NCBI RefSeq assembly: GCF_044704955.1
Contig: NW_027251165.1
Coordinates: 620,001 to 684,000 of the forward strand
Direction of reading: 5' to 3'
Source of the DNA: Pristiophorus japonicus
Taxonomy: Eukaryota
Length of the DNA: 64,000 bases
Notes under the pieces: model-generated
Database searches by the model: none
The model's input: only the letters and a program-made list of their open reading frames with translations
What the model was told of the DNA's origin: nothing
Translations under genes and position numbers: made by a program
In this document: positions 57,720 through 64,000 of the stretch, piece after piece
How the letters are laid out: each line of letters starts with the position of its first letter
Numbering within the stretch: the first letter of the stretch is position 1

Positions 57720-59416
57720 TTTATCTTAGCTTTTAACTCTTCAATTTGTTTTATTGAATATCTATTTCTTTATTGTATCAGGCAAGTATTATTACATAAG
57801 CTAGTTCTGTTTTTATTTTTGTTTCCTCTGTTAGGTGAGTCCTTTTTTTCCCTATTAAGAAATCCAAATTAATAATGTTCAGTATAAAACGGCTGTCAAT
57901 GGAAAGGGTTAACTCCTTTCCAGGTTTGTAAGAAGACCTGATGTCATTACGTGACTTCACGTAATCATCTGAAAAAAAAATCTTTGTGCCTTCAAAACTG
58001 GCTTCGAAATTAGGAATCCGTTAAACAGCATAAATCATTAGAGTAAACTCCAATGTTTTCTTAACTTCTAATTCAAGTACTTGCCAAAGAATTTTTTTTT
58101 TTTAAATTGTTTTAAAACAAGACCACACATACAATAGCAATTTTGTTTACTGAAATTCAATTCTGTTTTTTTTTTTTATTTCTCTCTTTCTCCTCGTTAT
58201 CTTCAAAACCCTCCTGCTTGTTTAGACTGTTCGGGACATTTTGGAAATCTTTTCAAACTGCATTGAAACTTTTTCATAATTGAAAATTCGAATCCATGTA
58301 GAGTGTTTTTTACTTATACCAATTTTTTTTTTTTCCTCTTCTAATTAAACCAATATCTTTTTCACAGCAAACATCAACTAGTATTTAGTAAGTTATGTCT
58401 TTTTCCATTTAGTCCGTTACATCTTTTTTTTTTTTTCTTTCTTCAAATTAGGTTTTGTATTTTACACGGAGGGTTCGTAACTCCATAAAGTTGTTAATTT
58501 GTTTACTTTCAAAGTGGCGTCTTTATCTTTTTCTTTTTCTCCATAACTGGAATGGAGACCAGCTTTGAGAGTTTGAGTGCTGCCTTTCGTTATCTCAAAA
58601 TGCTCCAGTTTCAAAGCCGTTACTAAAGCTTGCTGTTTTTTAACATTTTCCAAAAGTTCCTTTTACACCTTCGCAGATAGCTCGCCACTTGCCCAGGAGT
58701 TTGACCTGATCAGATTTAATTTAATCTTTTTTTTTTTAAATCCACCTCAGTATTTCCTGTGCCTTCTCTGAATATCTCAAAATCCCAATTCAAACTTTGT
58801 AATTTCAATCTTTATTTGAAACTTTTTTTTTTTTAGAAGCTCTTTTTTTTTAAAGCATTCTTTATCTCATTCCGAGACTAAATTTATGTCTTTCAACCCA
58901 ATCAATCATTGCATGTTTACTTTCGGCAAGTAAGTGAGCATGTCAAATAAATATTTTGCTCAACAAACCTATTCTTTATTTGTTTATTCTCCTAGCTCCG
59001 TAACTTATCATCCGAATAAATCCACACCTGCGTTTCTAACTTAAATGTCTTAAAACTTCCCACATACAGGACAACATTACAAAGGGTTTAAAAAAAAAGA
59101 CTTTCACTCTGTTTCTAAAATAAACAGACACTTGCATTCCTCTTCCAACCAGGCTTTCGGAACATGAAAACATAAAACAAAAATTCATTCTGCAGTCAAA
59201 AATCACAGACACTTCTCACTCAACGATCAGACATTTACAACAGTCTCTCTTCTTGTTTTGGCCGGCTCTATTTTTGGATCCATGACCTTTCAGGGAATTC
59301 GTAGTTTTATCTAAATAATTCCTCACATAACTAATTAGCTTCTTTTGTTTTTCCGCCAGGTGGCGGGTAAGCGACCCTTCTGGTCCCCACTCGAGTTTAC
59401 TTGTTTTCATGGCCAT
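57720..59416 (-). pseudogene. Decayed A-rich interval at the gag(-pol) position
   Basis: Positional call only. It starts with the 66-aa ORF MAMKTSKLEWGPEGSL after the leader, then has short broken frames and many A-runs on the sense strand; no CCHC, DTG, YxDD or integrase motif was seen. Confidence 0.4.
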
Positions 59417-59909
59417 TCCTGGGTAGGACTGGTATCGTTAGGAATCTACTCTCAGCGGTCCGCTTTCTTTCTAGCGCGACTTGTAGTAAACTGTCTCTTG
59501 GCTACTGTCAGGTCACAAGTTCTGCTGTTACACAAACTTATACAATTCTTAAAAACGCGTTTACGCAATTCCCGCAGTGCTCTACGTATCCTTAACGACT
59601 ACCTACCACCGCTCAGCCCGTTGGTCCGACCCTGTTCACAGGTTTGGATTCCGTTAGCCGCTGTACACCGCTTGGTTCTACCCCGGGGTATTTCAAATTA
59701 CACTACTGGGTCCGGAAGATGTCTCTCGGTATCACGATCCCACGGTCTAAGCGTGTTCCCTACGCCTACTTGGTTCCTGGCCGTCACGTGGGACAAAAGT
59801 CCTCTTAATTCAGGCTCAGGCTAGGCGTTTGAGATATTAGACCGTCTCCTCATGTCGATCAACCAGCTTCCACCTTCCGCACCCTTTATACTTAAAAATT
59901 GTTTTTTAT

Positions 59910-59918
59910 ACTCACCCG
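59910..59918 (-). promoter_or_regulatory. Candidate major splice donor
   Basis: Minus strand CGG|GTGAGT about 35 nt downstream of the PBS, the usual position of a retroviral major donor. Confidence 0.7.
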
Positions 59919-59952
59919 GGTTTTTTTCCAAGGGCGTCCAGCGACTCCGGGA

Positions 59953-59971
59953 AATCCCGTCGACTACGCCA
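59953..59971 (-). promoter_or_regulatory. Primer-binding site for tRNA-Ser
   Basis: Minus strand TGGCGTAGTCGACGGGATT, 1 nt after the 5' LTR; 17/19 match to the complement of the vertebrate tRNA-Ser(AGA/TGA) 3' end as I recall it (TGGCGTAGTCGGCAGGATT). Confidence 0.88.
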
Positions 59972-59972
59972 T

Positions 59973-60638
59973 TGTTAGCGTTAGTGTTTTCTCTGAAGAA
60001 TCACTCAACACTCAGGGTCGGTTCCAATGCTGAAGCAGCTTTATTACGCTCAGCGGGAAGGAAAAACTCAGGACCGTTTCCAGGTTTCTCTTCACAGAAC
60101 AAAGAGTTACATGTACCTTTATATGTTTTACAACAGTTAAAAAACAGCTTACTGCAGTTACACAGCTCATCACGGCTGGACACAAGCCAATCATAACGAT
60201 TATAGATTATATATAGGTTTTTTAATCCAATAGAATTCTCCTAGTAACCAGGGAACCATTGTCAATTTGGGTTGATCGATGACTTTATATGTTCTCTCCC
60301 TAGTTCTTTCATCTGGGAGAAATAATTGGTTTGTAGCCTTGTTTACAGCAAATGGTTTCCCTCTTATCTTTCTTCCTGGGGAATTAATTGGTTTATGGCC
60401 TTGTTCACAGGAGATGGCTTCCTTCTTATCTCTGCCTTCCCAGGCATTCCTACAGTGGGCCTCACAGGGTTATTGCTCGGTCAGTGAACGTTCAACAGTT
60501 CACAGTTTGACTACCTGATTTCCCATAATGCCTGGGCAGCCATTTTATGTGTGTGTCCATTTAAGCTTATGTGAGTTCTAAATATCCAGCAGGTGCCTAA
60601 TGCCTAAGTCTATATATATCTTTCGACTCTCTACAACA
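59973..60638 (-). repeat. 5' LTR (666 bp)
   Basis: Direct repeat of 54426-55091 with three substitutions seen by eye; TATA-like motifs on the minus strand near 60207-60215 and 60118-60123. Confidence 0.97.
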
Positions 60639-62511
60639 AGATGGATTATGAAAGTAAACTTGCGCAAAACATAAAAACAGAAAGTAAAAGTTTTTACCAA
60701 TAAATAAAACGGAAAAGAATGACTAAAGTAAATGTTGATCTCTCAGAAGATGAGTAGGGAGATTTAATAATGGGAAATGTGGAAATTTCTGAGACCTTAA
60801 ACAATTATTTGTCTTCGGTCGTCACAGTGGAAGACACAAAAACCATGCCAAAAATTGCTGGTCACGGGAATGTGGGATGGGAGGACCTTGAGACTATCAC
60901 TATTACTAGGGTAGTAGTGCTGAACAGGCTAATGGGACTCAAGGTAGAAAAATCCCATGATTCTGATGAACTGCATCCCAGGGTATTAAACGAGATGGTG
61001 GAAATTATAGCAGATGCATTCGTTGTAATCTATCAAAATTCTCTGGACTCTGGGGATGTACCATCGGATTGGAAAGCAGCTAATCTAACGCCTCTGTTTA
61101 AAAAAGGGGGCAGACAAAAGGCAGGTAACTATAAGCCGGTTAATGTAACATCTGTAGCAGAGAAAATGCTTGAAGCTATTATTAACGAAGAAATAGCGGG
61201 ATATCTAGATAGGAATAGTGCAATCAAGCAGACGCATCATGGATTCATGAAGGCGAAATCATGTTTAACTAATTTACTGGAATTCTTTGAGGATATAACG
61301 AGCATGGTGGATATAGGTGTACCGATGGATGTGTGTATTTAGATTTCCAAAAGGCATTCGATAAGGTGCCACACAAATCGTTACTGCAGAAGATAAATGT
61401 ACGCGGAGTCAGAGGAAATGTATTAGCATCGATAGAGAATTGGCTAACTAACAGAAAGCAGAGAGTCGGGATAAATTGGTCCTTTTCAGGTTGGAAATCG
61501 GTTGTTAGTGGCGTGCCACAATGACCCGTGCTGTGACCACAACTGTTTACTATATATATAGATGACCTGGAAGAGGGGACAGAGTGTAGTATAACATGAT
61601 TTGCAGATGACACAAAGATTAGTGGTAAAGCGGGTTGTGTAGAGGACACAGACAGGCTGCAAAGAGATTTAGATAGGTTAAGCGAATGAGCTAATGTTTC
61701 GCAGATGGAATACAATGTCAGAAAATGCGAGATAATCCACCTTCGAAAAAAAACAGTAAAAGGGAATAATATTTGGATGGGGAGAAATTACAACATGCTG
61801 TGGTGCAGAGGGACCTGGGGTCCTTGTGCATGAATCGCAAAAAGTTAATTTGCAGGTGCAGCACGTAATCAGGAAGGCGAATGGAATGTTGGCTTTCATT
61901 GCGAGAGGGATTGAATACAAAAGCAGGGAAGTCCTGCTGCGACTGTCCACGGTATTTGTGAGGCGGCACCTGGAGTACTGCATGCAGTTTTGGTCCCCTT
62001 ACTTAAGGAAGAAGTACTTACTGACAGGTGGTACAGAGAAGATGCACTAGGCTGATTCCGGAGATGAGCGGGTTACCTTATGATGATAGGTTGAGTAAAC
62101 TGAGCCTTGACTCATTGGAGTTCAGAAGGATGAGAGGTGATATAGAAACATTTAAAATGGAGAAAGGGAGAGAGGTTTTTTCCACTGGTCGTCGAGACGA
62201 GAACTAAGTTGTACAGCCTAAAAATACGGGGAAGCCAATTTAAAATGGGTTGAGATTGAATTTCTTCTCCCAGAGGGTTGTGAATCTGTCGACTTCTCTG
62301 CCCAAGGAAGCAGATGAGGCTAGCTCATTGAATGTGTTCAAATCACAGATGGATAGATTTTTAATCAATAAGGCAATTAAGGGTTATGGGGAGCAGGCAG
62401 GTAAGTGGAGCTGAGTCCACGACCAGATCAGCCATGATCTTGTTCAATGGCGGAGCAGGCTCGAGGGGCTAGATAGCCTACTGCTGTTCCTAATTCTTAT
62501 GTTCTTATGTC

Positions 62512-64000
62512 CATTGTGTATTGCTCTCCCGCCCCCCCCCCCGCCCACCCTCCCCCCGCGCCGGGACGTTGTGTATTAGACCCTCCTGGGACATTGTGTA
62601 TTGGGCACCCCCGGTCATTTGGTCTCGGTCCCCGCCGGGTCATTGTGTATTGGTCCCCCCCGGAACATTGTGTATTGGCCCCCCCGGGAAATTGTGGATT
62701 GGATCCCTCCCGGGACCTTGTGTAAAGGACCCCCGGGTCATTTTGTATTGCCCCCACCCCTCTGAGACATTGTGTATTCGCCCGACCCGAATATTGTGTA
62801 TTGGGCCTCCCCGATACTTTTTGCATTGGGCCCACCCCGGGACGTTGCGTATTGGGAACCCCGGGGACATTTTGTGTTGCCCCAGCCCGGTACATTGTCT
62901 ATTCGGCCACCCACGGGACGTTGTGTACTATGCCCCCCCCCGCGACATTTTGAATTGCCCCAACCCGCACATTGTGTATTACACTCCCCCGGGAAATAGT
63001 GTATTGCAGCCCCGGGATATTGGTTATTGCCCCACCCTGCAAATTGTGCATTGGACCCCCTGGGACATTGTATATTGCCCCTCCCCTGCCGGGAGATTGT
63101 GTATTGGGGTTCTCCGGACATTGCGTATTGCCCAATCAGGGAAATTGCGTGGTGAGCCTTCCCCGTCCCGAGACATTGTGTATTGGCACCCCCGGGACAT
63201 TTTGTATTGGGCCCCCCAAGTGACATTGTGTATTGGGACCACCGAGACATTGTTTCTTGGGCCCTCCCCGGGACATTGTGTATTGCCCCCCATGGACATT
63301 TTGTATTGGGCACCCCCGGGACAATGTGTATTGGGCCCCCCCGGGATATTTTGTATTGGGACCCACGGGAAATTGTGTACTGGCACCCCCCGGGACATTG
63401 TGTATTGTCCCCCCCGGGGCATTGTCTATTGAGCCCTCCCCGGGGCATTGTGGATTGGGCCCCCCGGGATATTGTGTATTGGGCCCTCCCCCCTGGGACA
63501 TTGTGTATTGGGACCAAATGCCGGGATATTGTGTATTGAGCCCACCCCGGGACATTGTGTATTGGGCCCCCCCAAGACAATTTGCATTGTCGACCCCCTG
63601 GACATTGTGTATTGTGCCCCCCCCGGGACATTGTGTATTGTGCTCCCCCAGGGAGATTGTGTATTGTGCCCCGACGAAACATTGTGTATTGGGCCCACCC
63701 GGGACACTGCGTATAGGGCGCCCCGGAGACATTGTTTATTCGGCGTCCCCGGGACATTGTGTACTGGGCCCGCCCCCCGGGAGATTGTGTATTGGGCCTA
63801 CCCCACGGGACATTGTGTATTGGGCCCACTGGACATTGTTGATTTGGCCCCCCGGGACATTGATGACTGGGCTCCCCGCCGGACATTGTGATTTCGCCCC
63901 CGCGGGACATTGTGTATTGCCCCCCGGGGACATCTTGTTTTTGCCCCCCCCGGGACATCGTGTTTTGCCTCTCCCCCGGGACATTGTGTATGGACCCCCA
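62512..64000 (+). repeat. Satellite 2, right part (continues beyond the window)
   Basis: Tandem GGGACATTGTGTATTGGGCn units up to the window end. Confidence 0.97.

Larger units (their letters stand above)
54426..60638 (-). mobile_element. Non-autonomous endogenous retrovirus-like LTR element (6213 bp) carrying an F-type envelope gene but no recognisable pol
   Basis: Two 666-bp direct repeats with TG...CA ends, 4-bp TSD AGAT (54422-54425, 60639-60642), PBS, PPT and an env-like ORF, all consistent with minus orientation. Confidence 0.96.
54299..62511 (+). mobile_element. CR1 LINE copy 4, split into 54299-54425 and 60639-62511 by the LTR element
   Basis: The 5' piece matches the KESIKLK region of copies 1 and 2 and continues in register after 60642; ORF2 fragments 60770-61342, 61333-61524 and 61826-62050; tail TTCTTATGTTCTTATGT ends ~62510; TSD CATTGT at 54293-54298 and 62512-62517. 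Confidence 0.94.

Noticed and set aside
62497-63984. ORFs of 300-400 aa with repeated GPIHNVP / TQCPGG motifs
   Set aside because: They are translations of the 25-bp satellite 2 cycling through frames, not a zinc-finger or keratin-associated gene.
62512-64000. CRISPR-like array
   Set aside because: The units are contiguous with only C-run variation; there are no unique spacers and no cas genes, and the context is vertebrate.
62512-64000. p53 half-site array (GGACATTGTG)
   Set aside because: The core is CATTG, not the CWWG spacing required by RRRCWWGYYY.

Overview
Eukaryotic heterochromatin-type window with no host gene. The CR1 3' UTRs suggest a cartilaginous fish (inference). About 45 kb is a degenerate, strand-asymmetric (GGTTC/GGGGCC)-pentamer satellite with hierarchical duplications (11.42 kb, ~8 kb, ~5.55 kb, ~3 kb, ~585 bp, 115 bp). 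It is interrupted by 5'-truncated CR1 LINEs (one nested head-to-head in another) and a probable solo LTR. At 53880 it switches to a second ~25-bp satellite (GGGACATTGTGTATTGGGCn). A CR1 inserted into that satellite, and into that CR1 inserted a young 6.2-kb minus-strand LTR element (666-bp LTRs with 3 visible differences, AGAT TSD, tRNA-Ser PBS, PPT). This element has no recognisable pol, only an A-rich decayed interval where gag-pol should be. It keeps splice signals, a 37-aa single-pass membrane ORF and a 567-codon open frame for a class I fusion glycoprotein with paramyxovirus/baculovirus-F-like rather than orthoretroviral layout. It is the best candidate for something new: a non-autonomous, env-carrying, loki/errantivirus-like element. 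Nearly all other ORFs in the track are satellite artefacts.
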